Shown piece by piece: positions 12,971 through 24,578 of a stretch of DNA of 64,000 bases. A model generated the notes under the pieces. The model saw only the letters and a list, made by a program, of their open reading frames with translations. It was not told the DNA's origin and searched no databases. The stretch is from Octopus bimaculoides (Eukaryota): contig NC_068992.1 in NCBI RefSeq assembly GCF_001194135.2, forward strand, positions 27,799,936-27,863,935. The letters are read 5' to 3'. Each line of letters opens with the position of its first letter. Position 1 is the stretch's first letter. The translations under genes and the position numbers were made by a program.

Positions 12971-13829
12971 NNNNNNNNNNNNNNNNNNNNNNNNNNNNNN
13001 NNNNNNNNNNNNNNNNNNNNNNNNNNNNNNNNNNNNNNNNNNNNNNNNNNNNNNNNNNNNNNNNNNNNNNNNNNNNNNNNNNNNNNNNNNNNNNNNNNNN
13101 NNNNNNNNNNNNNNNNNNNNNNNNNNNNNNNNNNNNNNNNNNNNNNNNNNNNNNNNNNNNNNNNNNNNNNNNNNNNNNNNNNNNNNNNNNNNNNNNNNNN
13201 NNNNNNNNNNNNNNNNNNNNNNNNNNNNNNNNNNNNNNNNNNNNNNNNNNNNNNNNNNNNNNNNNNNNNNNNNNNNNNNNNNNNNNNNNNNNNNNNNNNN
13301 NNNNNNNNNNNNNNNNNNNNNNNNNNNNNNNNNNNNNNNNNNNNNNNNNNNNNNNNNNNNNNNNNNNNNNNNNNNNNNNNNNNNNNNNNNNNNNNNNNNN
13401 NNNNNNNNNNNNNNNNNNNNNNNNNNNNNNNNNNNNNNNNNNNNNNNNNNNNNNNNNNNNNNNNNNNNNNNNNNNNNNNNNNNNNNNNNNNNNNNNNNNN
13501 NNNNNNNNNNNNNNNNNNNNNNNNNNNNNNNNNNNNNNNNNNNNNNNNNNNNNNNNNNNNNNNNNNNNNNNNNNNNNNNNNNNNNNNNNNNNNNNNNNNN
13601 NNNNNNNNNNNNNNNNNNNNNNNNNNNNNNNNNNNNNNNNNNNNNNNNNNNNNNNNNNNNNNNNNNNNNNNNNNNNNNNNNNNNNNNNNNNNNNNNNNNN
13701 NNNNNNNNNNNNNNNNNNNNNNNNNNNNNNNNNNNNNNNNNNNNNNNNNNNNNNNNNNNNNNNNNNNNNNNNNNNNNNNNNNNNNNNNNNNNNNNNNNNN
13801 NNNNNNNNNNNNNNNNNNNNNNNNNNNNN

Positions 13830-13830
<1 letters not shown>
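12971..13830. other. Assembly gap (largest). Other gaps at about 1542, 2481, 19760, 23928, 38725, 54260 and 58735, plus several short N runs
   Basis: N runs, mostly bordered by (TA)n; exons could be hidden in them. Confidence 0.98.
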
Positions 13831-13860
<30 letters not shown>

Positions 13861-13867
<7 letters not shown>

Positions 13868-13969
13868 AAACTGAAAGATAGAAAAAGTAGGCTTTAATCA
13901 CAAATCACAGAAACAAATGTCGTGATTTGTGATTAAAGCCTGCTTATTCTATCTTCCAGTTTCATAAAT
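13861..13969. repeat. Hairpin, 48-bp arms with about 4 mismatches and a 13-nt loop
   Basis: 13861-13908 pairs with 13922-13969. Confidence 0.9.
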
Positions 13970-13990
13970 TTTTACATCAATTCTGCATAC

Positions 13991-14057
13991 ACTGTAGATA
14001 TCCAATAAAAGCAGTAATCCTGCTGCTGGCATATGGTAAATGATAACCATATAGAAA
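13991..14057 (-). CDS. 67-nt exon FLYGYHLPYASSRITAFIGYLQ(F)
   Basis: Acceptor catttcaaag|, donor T|gtatgc; phase 0 in, phase 1 out. Confidence 0.45.
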
Positions 14058-16279
14058 CTTTGAAATGCGCTTTATGAAGTTGTTATCCAGATAATATTAA
14101 ATGTGTATGTTTATGTGCACATGTGATTGTACATGCTTGTGTGAATGATTATATTCCTTGTTTAAAAAAATGTTGAACTAAAACAGTAATGCTTGTTGAC
14201 ATTACCTATCCTGATACTAAATGCCTCTAGCTTTTTGAAGATAAGTAAAAAAAATCCCTTACTTGAAAAATATTGATAGAAAGAGCATTTGGTAGCAAAA
14301 TAATGCACATAATATGTACTTATCCAACCCATGCTAGCATGGAAAAATAAAACAAACAAACATATACACACAAAATCATCAACAGTTGCTGTCAGCTTTC
14401 CATGGTGGTATGGGTTGGACTAGTTGTTATGGTCCAAGTTAGTTCTTATTCAGAGCTACTATACTCCAAGGAAGGTTAGGGACCATGTCTTGCTTATAGA
14501 TTTTATTTTTTACATGGTTTCTATAGTTGGATGATCTGTCTAACATCAACCTCTTTACTGGGTGCTTCTTATCATGGCACCAGCCCTAGTGAGATTGTCA
14601 TGTCCTAGACATGACTAACAAGTCCTCTCAACCTTATTTGGCAATCACTCTACAGAGTGTACTTGATGCATTTTATCACAACATCAGCACTACTTTGGTC
14701 GCTTTGTAATTCACAATGCAAAATATTCCTCCAATTCTATGTTGTCTTTGTTCATTCAGGGCAACAAGAACTACAGAAAGGGTCACAGAGAAGTAAACTG
14801 CAGCAGGTGAAGGAGTGAGAAGGAAAAAGAAGCTAGAGTATAATGAAGAGAATGAAGTGAGTAGGGTAAGAGGGTTGAAGGAGAAGGGATGAGAGACAGT
14901 GTTAGGAGTGATGAAAGAAAGACAGTAAAAGGAGAGAGAGAAAGAAAGAGAGAGAGTGTGTGTGTGTGGTGGTCAGTCATAGAAATAACCAGAAGTAAGA
15001 GAGTGTGCTGGATGTTATTAAAAAGTCCCTTGGACATGGGGATGGTTGGCTGCAGTATAGAAAGATGATATTAGTGAGTAAAAAAAAAAAGCATAAGGGA
15101 TGAACAGACATGATAAAGATGAAAATAGTGTGACAGATATCAATAAGAATGAGCTAAGAAGAGAGAGTAATAGTTGGCCTGATAGCAGGGTAAATAGAAG
15201 GGTATATCAGATATACCCTTCAGATCCTCATAACTTATGCATTGTAATAGGAGAAGGAGAGAGATATGAATGGTGGAGGGGAATAAGTATGCCCAGATCT
15301 AATGTTTTCCATCATGGCATGGGTAGCAGTGATTAGGAGAGTGGACTACAGAGAGATGAGAGGGTGTGTGTTAGGCAAGAGAGTCAGCAGAAAGAGACTA
15401 AGAGGTATAAGGTGGGTAAAAGGCTCAGAGGTGTCTATAAATGGACTGGCTACTTGATTCTCTAGGATTGGTCAAGTAATATAGACACCTCTAATGATAC
15501 CCCAATAAGGGTCAAAAATCGATTGAGGTTGTTCATCATTTTTTTCATTTAATGGATAAATTTGACATGTTTCTGTCGATTATATATGTTTACATAGATT
15601 CACCACTCATTCCGTTTTAATGCATGTTTTGCTATGCTTGCACAAATGCTTGAGTCTTCTCTAGCACTGCATTATGTCATTGTCACAATCCTTTGTCATC
15701 TCCTTTGCAAGAGTCTACACCATTCTGTCCTAAGTTACCTTCAGTCTCCTTCTACCCCAGATTCCATTCACTTTTGACTGCTTATCACCCTCCATACACA
15801 TTATACGCCTGTCCAGTAGTTTGTTTCCTCTCTTGTACACTACACTTCATTTCACTCTCAGGTCATCTGTACTTCATTGCTCATGCATACTAACATGACA
15901 CATCCAGCAGAGCATGTTCACTTCATTTCTTTCTAGTCTTCAAAAATCCTCTGCATCCAAAGCTCACGTCTCACTGCCTTGCAGCATTTCCTTTCATACT
16001 TAAGCCTCGTGTAATCTTAATTTCACTCTGAAAAAAGAAGCTCTTCATTACCAGCAGACATAACAACACCCTCAGCTTCTTCCAGCCCATGTTTATTCTG
16101 GCCACTATCCTTTCAGATCGTCCCACCAATAATGCTTAGGTTACCTAGGTAACAAAAGCTATCAGCCACAACTAGGAAGCCTTCTAGACATTTGAGAAAA
16201 TTTATTTCCCGAATGCTTTTATAGAATAAGGATACACACATACATGCATGCATGCATATGTACATATATTATCTACATT

Positions 16280-16636
16280 CCAACAATGAGTGTGGCCGTT
16301 GCCAGTACCGCCTGACTGGCCTTCGTAGGATTTTCGAGCGAGATCGTTGCCAGTGCCCCTGGACTGGCTCTTGTGCGGGTGGCACATAAAATGCACCATT
16401 TTGAGCATGGCCGTTGCCAGTACCACCTGACTGGCCTTCGTGCGGGTGACACGTAAAAGCACCCACTACACTCTCTGAGTGGTTGGCGTTAGGAAGGGCA
16501 TCCAGCTGTAGAAACTCTGCCAAATCAGATTGGAGCCTGGTGTTGCCATCCGGTTTCACCAGTCCTCAGTCAAATCGTCCAACCCATGCTAGCATGGAAA
16601 GCGGACGTTAAACGACGATGATGATGATGATGATGA
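16280..16636 (+). mobile_element. RTE LINE 3'UTR fragment with (GAT)n tail
   Basis: Same 3' end as 35230-35700. Further copies at 30851-31056 (+), 33367-33826 (-) and 50480-50720 (+, diverged). Confidence 0.85.
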
Positions 16637-16858
16637 AGCTTTGTATCTTTGATAGAAACCTGACTGTTCCTTACAGGAAGATTTCAAACAATTAAAAACA
16701 AAAGAAAATATTCATCCTTACATACATAGATCAAGATTACTTAAACATTTCTAATGTAATATATTTTTTACATGTATAATATGTAATGTTCCCTCTACAT
16801 TGCTATCACCTTCTATAACACAATGTGTTTCTACACACACCCACACACAAACACACAC

Positions 16859-16921
16859 CCTTATTATTGCAACAGGAAATACAAAGCTATCACGGAGTGC
16901 CCTGACCAGTGTGTCAAACAT
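16859..16921 (-). CDS. 63-nt exon MFDTLVRALRDSFVFPVAIIR
   Basis: Acceptor ttttgttgatccaag|, weaker donor AGG|gtgtgt; phase 0-0. Confidence 0.5.
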
Positions 16922-17869
16922 CTTGGATCAACAAAACCCGCTCTAATTATTCTTTTCTTTAAAAAGGAAAAAAAAGGAAAAAAAGAAAAAACAGAAAAGG
17001 ACATTAACAAGTTAGTAATATATATTATGGATAAAAAAAAATACAAGAGTATGTAAGACTATGATTAAGTGTGCCTGTGTGCGTGTGTGTGTATGTGTGT
17101 GTTTGAAGTTCTCCAAATATCAAAAGGAAAAGAAAAAAAAAAACATCTCTCCAATTCAATAACATTGTTAATTAAAAACACCGAACTAAACTGAAACTTC
17201 CTTATTTCAAAAACCAACACTCAGCGACTTCCTCTTCCCCTCCTCCTCTACTACCACCGCCATCGCACTAACACAACATTAGTGATTGATTATTAATCAG
17301 GGTTGCTTCTTTTGTTTTGTGAACACTTTGTTTTCTTTTGACTTCCATCCACTGTCTCAATGAAGGAGCCTTTATGTGGTCACTTGGCCTACTAGAAGTA
17401 GCAACCAAATTTCCTTAAAATCACACTCAACTGTCTTTGAAGAAGAAAAGAAAAAGGATACATTGAGTAATGTAACCCTAGGTATACTGTGGTGGAATGC
17501 TCCTTTAAAAGTGACCAATGAAAGCTGAATCAGTCATCGACACCCTGGAGAACACTCCTACCACTTCTGAACTATATTTCAGAGTGAAGAAGAGACCATC
17601 AGCAACATTGCATGGTTATTGACACTAAGTGAGTCCTCATTTCTTGGGTTAGAAAATTTGAATGCTGAGCCAACAGAGAGGAGTTACAACTGGATGAAAT
17701 CTCCAAGTAGTTTAAATGCACAAGTTTCCAATATCCAAGAGGATAAAGAGTGTTGGCAGAAGGGCACCTAGGAGTCATAACCTGGATGCGACCCAGCCCC
17801 CTTAGAGTGTAAGAAGGGCTGAGACAGTTGCCTGAGGAGGGTTTCTTCTCTGAAGATATTCAGCTGTTC

Positions 17870-18665
17870 AGCTCTCTTTTGAGTGAGTTACCACTTAGAC
17901 TGCACTATCGTAGCCTGCATGTATGGAGCACTCTCTGACCCCTACACTGTCAATTCTGGGAGTACCCCAAGTTTTGTCTTTGTCTTCTACACTCCTCCTT
18001 CTAACCTCCATCAACTCAAACAACACTCATATCCAGATGACACCACCTCTCATTCATCCCTAATTTTTTCATACCCATGCACCATCCCCATGACATATTC
18101 ACATTAATTCCATGTACAGAGACCCCAAAAACATCCTGCAAAAGGGGGACTTTGCCAATCTTAATTCCGTCAACATCTAAAAACCACAACCACTCATTAT
18201 ATCATGAAAATAATATTCCCATTTTAGGCCTCATTCACATTAAGGATCTCTCTTTTCTAAATGTACATCTTTATAAATGTACAACTTTATAAAGAAGACA
18301 TCACAATGACTGGCCCCCCTTTTAAGGCCAGAAAAAGCACCCACCCACACACAGCCAATAAACTAACACAACAAAGTTCAAATGAGACCCACAAAGTAGC
18401 ACTGCTCACTCCCATCCCTGGGATAGTGCTGCTGTTACAGCTACACGTACAGATATATTAAATGCTCACATGAAAAAAATATAAAAGGTAACTCTTCCCC
18501 CCAACCCTTTATCTACAATCCTTCTTCCCTAAATCATTGGCCCTCTGGAATGCACTTCCTGCTCATGCTTTTCCTACAGCTGTCTCTGGTCCTGGAGGTC
18601 CATTAATGGGTGATAGTCACAGCTTCTTCATATACATCAATTAAAAGCAATAAAAAACAATAAAA
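17870..18665 (+). mobile_element. Highly degenerate CR1/L2-like LINE 3' portion
   Basis: VNSG(V)PQ, HSYPDDTT (YADD relic) and SFFPKSLALWNALP motifs; A-rich tail at about 18650. Confidence 0.7.
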
Positions 18666-19023
18666 CCAAAACATGTCTGCAGTTGTTGCCATAGTTACCA
18701 AAGATCTGACTCACTCCCCACTCCCTCTATATACTGTCATAGTTGTCTCCCTTGTCTGTTGTGACAAGAATTAATTATTAAAGTTAATGATTTTTTTTTT
18801 TCCTCTTCACACTTGGTGAAATTTTAATTAAATAATATTGGATAGAGAAGATACTCGTTACATTAACGAGCATACTAGTAACTTAATCAGACCAAGTTTT
18901 AGATAACTAAAAAACATTATCTCAAGTTACTAAAACTCTTTTGTCCCCCACCCCCATCTCTTTTATCTCATGTGAAGTGAGGTGGGTGGTGGAGAGTGAA
19001 GCAGTGTCCCCAAGGTGACCTAC

Positions 19024-19056
19024 ATGAAGAAATCCTACAACCACTGACATCGGGTT
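19024..19056 (-). CDS. 33-nt exon NPMSVVVGFLH
   Basis: Acceptor ctttaaagtag|, donor |gtaggt; phase 0-0. Confidence 0.55.
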
Positions 19057-19683
19057 CTACTTTAAAGTATTTGAATATGTCAACCAACGTGTGCATATGT
19101 GTGCGAGACTACACACATAGGTGTAGTGTTTGTGTATATACACATATGTATGTTTTGTGTGTGACGTATGTGTAGATAAAATTTATTGTAGGTCAGCTGA
19201 CTTTCCAATGTGTATTTTCAAATGAAACAAAGTGAAATCTTTTGTCCTTTTATCTTTTACTTGTTTCAGTCATTAGACTGTGGCCATGCTGGGGCACCGC
19301 CTTGAAGAACTTTTAGCTGAACGAATTGACCTAAGCACTTATTACTTTTGAAAGGAGCTTGGTACTTATTCTATCAGTTGCTTTGCCAAACTGCTTAGTT
19401 ACAGAGACATAAACACAACACAGGTTGCCAAGTAGCAGTGGGGGACAAACACAGACACAAAGACACACACACACACACATTATATAAAAAAACATACATA
19501 CATACATACATATATATATAAAGCCTCATGATAGCAAAGGAGAATGGGCAACAGCCAGCCAGCCCAAAGGTTGGGGTGGGCTGCACCTGCCTACCTTGGT
19601 TGCAATGGCATTGAGGTAGATCCGGTCACCCCCATTAACGGGGACAAAACCCAGATTTAAAATACTGGATGATGATGATGATG

Positions 19684-19739
<56 letters not shown>

Positions 19740-20250
19740 GTATATATATATATATATATNNNNNNNNNNNNNNNNNNNNNNNNNNNNNNNNNNNNNNNNN
19801 NNNNNNNNNNNNNNNNNNNNNNNNNNNNNNNNNNNNNNNNNNNNNNNNNNNNNNNNNNNNNNNNNNNNNNNNNNNNNNNNNNNNNNNNNNNNNNNNNNNN
19901 NNNNNNNNNNNNNNNNNNNNNNNNNNNNNNNNNNNNNNNNNNNNNNNNNNNNNNNNNNNNNNNNNNNNNNNNNNNNNNNNNNNNNNNNNNNNNNNNNNNN
20001 NNNNNNNNNNNNNNNNNNNNNNNNNNNNNNNNNNNNNNNNNNNNNNNNNNNNNNNNNNNNNNNNNNNNNNNNNNNNNNNNNNNNNNNNNNNNNNNNNNNN
20101 NNNNNNNNNNNNNNNNNNNNNNNNNNNNNNNNNNNNNNNNNNNNNNNNNNNNNNNNNNNNNNNNNNNNNNNNNNNNNNNNNNNNNNNNNNNNNNNNNNNN
20201 NNNNNNNNNNNNNNNNNNNNNNNNNNNNNNNNNNNNNNNNNNNNNNNNNN

Positions 20251-21097
20251 ACGGGCAACACTTGTTTTCTTAACGAAACACTTTCAAACTTGGGATACTG
20301 GTAGAATGTGTCATATAAAACATCTTTTTCTCTTAGCCTTCTTAACAAAAATTAGTTCTTAAGTTATTTCATGTTAAAGTTTTCGTATTTGTGTAATTTC
20401 AACCAATCACCGACGTCTATTGAGGTGAAAACAATTACTGCTGTAGAATGTAAACAACATATTCTAACAGTGTTATGGGATCTTTTCCCTTGAATAAAAT
20501 TAGTGCCGTTGTTTGTCAACAACAACTATCGGTGGTAGTTATTTATAACATCGTTCGTGCGTTTGGGTTAGGGTTCGGGTTTTAGAGTTAGGGTTAGGGT
20601 TTGAGTTGGGGTTAGGGTTAGGGTTATGGTTATGAGTTATAGGGTTTTAGGGTTAGGGTTAGGATTATGAGTGAGGTTATGGCAAAAATAATCATAACCC
20701 TAACCGTAACCCTAAAACTAACTTTAACTCTAAAACCGGAACCCTAACCCTAAAACCCTAAAGCTAAAACCAGTACAAACGCACAAACGATGTTATAAAT
20801 AACAGTACTGCCAATAGTTGTTGTTGACAAACAACAGCACTAATTTTATTCAGGGGAAAAGATCCCATAACACTGTTAGAATATGTTGTTTAGATTCTAT
20901 GGCAGTAATTGTTTTCACCTTGATAGACGTCAGTGATTGGTTGAAATTACCGAAATACGACAACTTTTTACATGCAATAACTTCGAATACAAAAATTTTT
21001 ATCTGTTCTATAACACAAAATATACAAGTATACGAAGTTTGAAAGTGTTTCGGTACCAAAAACACTACATAAAACATAAATGAGAAATGTTGCCCGT
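20251..21097. repeat. ~850-bp foldback inverted repeat with internal head-to-head (TTAGGG)n/(CCCTAA)n
   Basis: ACGGGCAACA at 20251 and TGTTGCCCGT at 21097; arms pair throughout with mismatches; centre at about 20678-20691. Confidence 0.9.
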
Positions 21098-21603
21098 CAA
21101 ACCAAAAAGATCCTAATGTTGTCTTGAAACAATAAATTTCTATAGAAATTAGGATTTAAATTCCAATCTATGAAAAGTTTCCATTCTACAATATTCTTAA
21201 AGGAACAAAAAATTATCCAGCAACTTGGGCTAATACGACTGAGCCTGCTAAAGTGTAAAGGACTGACATCTCTTGTAAAGAGTACAGGTGACAGCTAGGT
21301 CGCTGATGTTTGTTGTGCACTTTGCCATCATTATTTGATTGCTGTTACTCTGTGCCTCTGTGTGTATAAAGATCAGTTGTGTTTTGCAGAGTTGCTTTAT
21401 TTTTACCCTTAACATAGGGCTAGATATAAAAAATAAGCCATTTAGAGCAAGAAATATAGTGGAAAAATGTGAAATTCTTCAAGCAAACATGTGTCTTATG
21501 TGAAATCTGTGATGGGCCCGAGTGATGAAATCTGTGATGAGCCCAAGTGACGTTGATGACCTGGAGTCGCCTCAAATAAATAAATAAATACATACATACA
21601 TAC

Positions 21604-21880
21604 ATGGTGGTTGTCTACTCCTTACACAGAGTTTGACCACCTCCTGCACCTACACCTTAGCCCTTTCATGGTGTCTGATGTGGCTTTTTAAACCAGACAA
21701 TGTTTTGAAAAAACACCCACACAGATTGCACCTCTGATTTGTACTACCAATACCTGCAGGTAAGTTCTGCTCATTGTGGATCCTAACATGTCTTTTAAGA
21801 CCCCCATTGGATTAGCAAGCCTTCTGGCACACACCACATTCAAACGTGTGCACAGACATATAATCAGAATATGTATTATA
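21604..21880 (-). mobile_element. Second copy of the C2H2-finger LINE 3' end
   Basis: FECGVCQKAC*SNGGLKRHVRIH and RCNLCGCVFKTLSGLKSHIRHH; same 3'UTR (ggaggtggtcaaactctg...gagtagacaaccacca) and (TATG)n tail. Confidence 0.75.
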
Positions 21881-21914
21881 CATACATACATACATACAGA
21901 CAGACAGAGATATG

Positions 21915-21972
<58 letters not shown>

Positions 21973-22116
21973 TAAGAATTATATATAACAAGGGCACTAA
22001 GAAGCACCAGCTTTGCTAAAAATAGGAGTCAAAAATACTCCAAAGCCACAAGAATTAACACTAGATTTTTACAGCATGGTTGGAAAAAAACTAAGTGAAT
22101 AAGGATTGCGTCTTAC

Positions 22117-22150
22117 CTCTGCAAAATTGCAAGAAGGAATGCCAGTTAAC
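22117..22150 (-). CDS. 34-nt exon (R)LTGIPSCNFAE
   Basis: Acceptor atgctatcag|, donor GAG|gtaaga; phase 2 in, phase 0 out. Confidence 0.65.
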
Positions 22151-22222
22151 CTGATAGCATGATTTTGAATTTAGGGCCAAAAGCACTTGATTCTCTTCAA
22201 CCAAGTCTACTAATAACAATAC

Positions 22223-22303
22223 CTCCCAAATGCTCTTACATGATGGATGGCGAAATTGAGATGAGCAAATCCAAGCTCACCCAAGCAGACAATGTTGAAA
22301 CAC
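22223..22303 (-). CDS. 81-nt exon (G)CFNIVCLGELGFAHLNFAIHHVRAFG(R)
   Basis: Acceptor catgtcaag|, donor AG|gtattg; phase 2-2; followed by a 72-nt intron. Confidence 0.65.
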
Positions 22304-22559
22304 CTTGACATGATTAATGACAAAAGGTTCCTTTTTAGAGAACCTTTATCATATTTTGTGATATGGTGATAGTGTTAACATTATCTATTATGAAGGACAG
22401 ACAGGATATAATTAATGATGTGTTTAGGGATGGTTTAAAGAGTTGCTAAACAAAGTTACTGACAGTCCTTAATTTGGACTTAATGTAATTGGTTCCAAAT
22501 TTCGGAGTAAGGCCAGTAATTTTGGGATGTGAGTAAGTTGATTACATCAACCCCAGTGC

Positions 22560-22916
22560 AAGCAGGTAGAAACGTTAGCACGCCGGGTGAAATGGTTAGT
22601 GGTATTTTGTCTGTCTTTACATTCTGAGTTCAAATTCCTCTGAGGTCGACTTTGCCTTTCATCCTTTCGGGGGTCGATAAATTAAGTACCAGTTGTGTAC
22701 TGGGGTTGATCTAATTGACTGGCCCTCTCCTGAAAAATTTCGAGCCTTGTGCCTAAAGTAGAAAAGGTTAATTATTTTATCAACCTCAAGAGGATGAAAA
22801 GCAAGGTCAACCTTCAAACTCAGTTGACCAGAACTTGAACTCAGAACATAAAGACTGATGAAATGCCACTAAGCATTTTGCTTGGTCTGCTAATGATTCT
22901 GTAAGCTCACTGCCTT
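22560..22916. mobile_element. Inverted (tail-to-tail) pair of short SINEs
   Basis: 22560-22765 is forward and 22770-22916 is the reverse complement of the same family. Confidence 0.75.
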
Positions 22917-24531
22917 AGATTTAAATACAATTGTTATTGAACATAACATCCCTGGCAAATGATCGGCATGCTACTGGAGTCTTGCAAATAGGTCTGTTTC
23001 TCTTCTTTCAAAACTGGTGCTTATATCTTCAAATTTTACCCTAATGCCCCTAATTAGTAATTTCAGCTCTAAAGTTTGCACCTTACTGTTTATTTAAGAA
23101 CAAATTTCATTTCCCAATTTTTTTATTTCATTTATTTCATATTAACATTTGTTTGCTTTAAATAAAATATGAGTGCCACAAACACTTCTTTCAAAAAATC
23201 ATACAGAAAGATATAATGGATACCGACTGTAGTTGAACAGTTGACCAAATGGCTAAAAAATAAAAACCCAAATATTAAGGTACTAGTGGCGGGGAGTACA
23301 GGGAATAAAAATGATAATAATAATAATAATAGTAATAATGTTGAAATGAGTTTGTGGATGATTGATCACTTTGAGAGTGACAGCTGTAATGACGTCATCA
23401 CCCAGAACAGATGTGTACCAGACTGCAGACAACAGTTGTTTACACTTAAAACAACTTGTGTGTATGCATGTGTGTGTGTATTATTGTTTAACCCCCAGAT
23501 CAACCTGAATAAACTTATGATGACAGCTACAACTATTCAACCATCTGTTTCCTTTTACTTCAGGGACTACATGGTCAATATTCTTCTCATTTTACATTTT
23601 TTTTTTTTTTTTCTAAGATAGTGGAATATGATTTGAGAAAAGTTTGACAGTTATTTCTAGCAGGCTGAGTGACTCCACAGAGCAGTGTTTCTCAACCCCT
23701 TTAATATCTGGACTAGATCCAAAACCTGGATTTTTTTTAGGGGCCTGCATCAAAAAAAGTAAAACACAAGTCAACCAAACAAAAATTTATTATATTTATA
23801 GGCATGGCTGTGTGGTAAAAAACTTGCGTTCCAACCATATGGTTCCCAGTTCAGTCCCACTGCATGACACTTTGAGCAGGTGTCTTTTACTATAGCCTTG
23901 GGCCAACCAAAGCCTTGTGAGTGGATANNNNNNNNNNNNNNNNNNNNNNNNNNNNNNNNNNNNNNNNNNNNNNNNNNNNNNNNNNNNNNNNNNNNNNNNN
24001 NNNNNNNNNNNNNNNNNNNNNNNNNNNNNNNNNNNNNNNNNNNNNNNNNNNNNNNNNNNNNNNNNNNNNNNNNNNNNNNNNNNNNNNNNNNNNNNNNNNN
24101 NNNNNNNNNNNNNNNNNNNNNNNNNNNNNNNNNNNNNNNNNNNNNNNNNNNNNNNNNNNNNNNNNNNNNNNNNNNNNNNNNNNNNNNNNNNNNNNNNNNN
24201 NNNNNNNNNNNNNNNNNNNNNNNNNNNNNNNNNNNNNNNNNNNNNNNNNNNNNNNNNNNNNNNNNNNNNNNNNNNNNNNNNNNNNNNNNNNNNNNNNNNN
24301 NNNNNNNNNNNNNNNNNNNNNNNNNNNNNNNNNNNNNNNNNNNNNNNNNNNNNNNNNNNNNNNNNNNNNNNNNNNNNNNNNNNNNNNNNNNNNNNNNNNN
24401 NNNNNNNNNNNNNNNNNNNNNNNNNNNNNNNNNNNNNNNNNNNNNNNNNNNNNNNNNNNNNNNNNNNNNNNNNNNNNNNNNNNNNNNNNNNNNNNNNNNN
24501 NNNNNNNNNNNNNNNNNNNNNNNNNTGGTAT

Positions 24532-24578
<47 letters not shown>

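Noticed and set aside
12819-13897. Long ORFs spanning N gaps (also near 1.5, 2.3, 19.6, 23.9, 38.5, 54.2 and 58.6 kb)
   Set aside because: Open only because N codons hide stops; the flanks are (TA)n translations.
13998-16946. Plus-strand two-exon model YPIKAVILLLAYG|NTKLSRSALTSVSNILDQQNPL* (13998-14035 and 16876-16946)
   Set aside because: Both pieces overlap minus-strand exons that fit the longer phase-consistent chain, and no upstream plus-strand exon could be joined. Treated as antisense shadow, not excluded.
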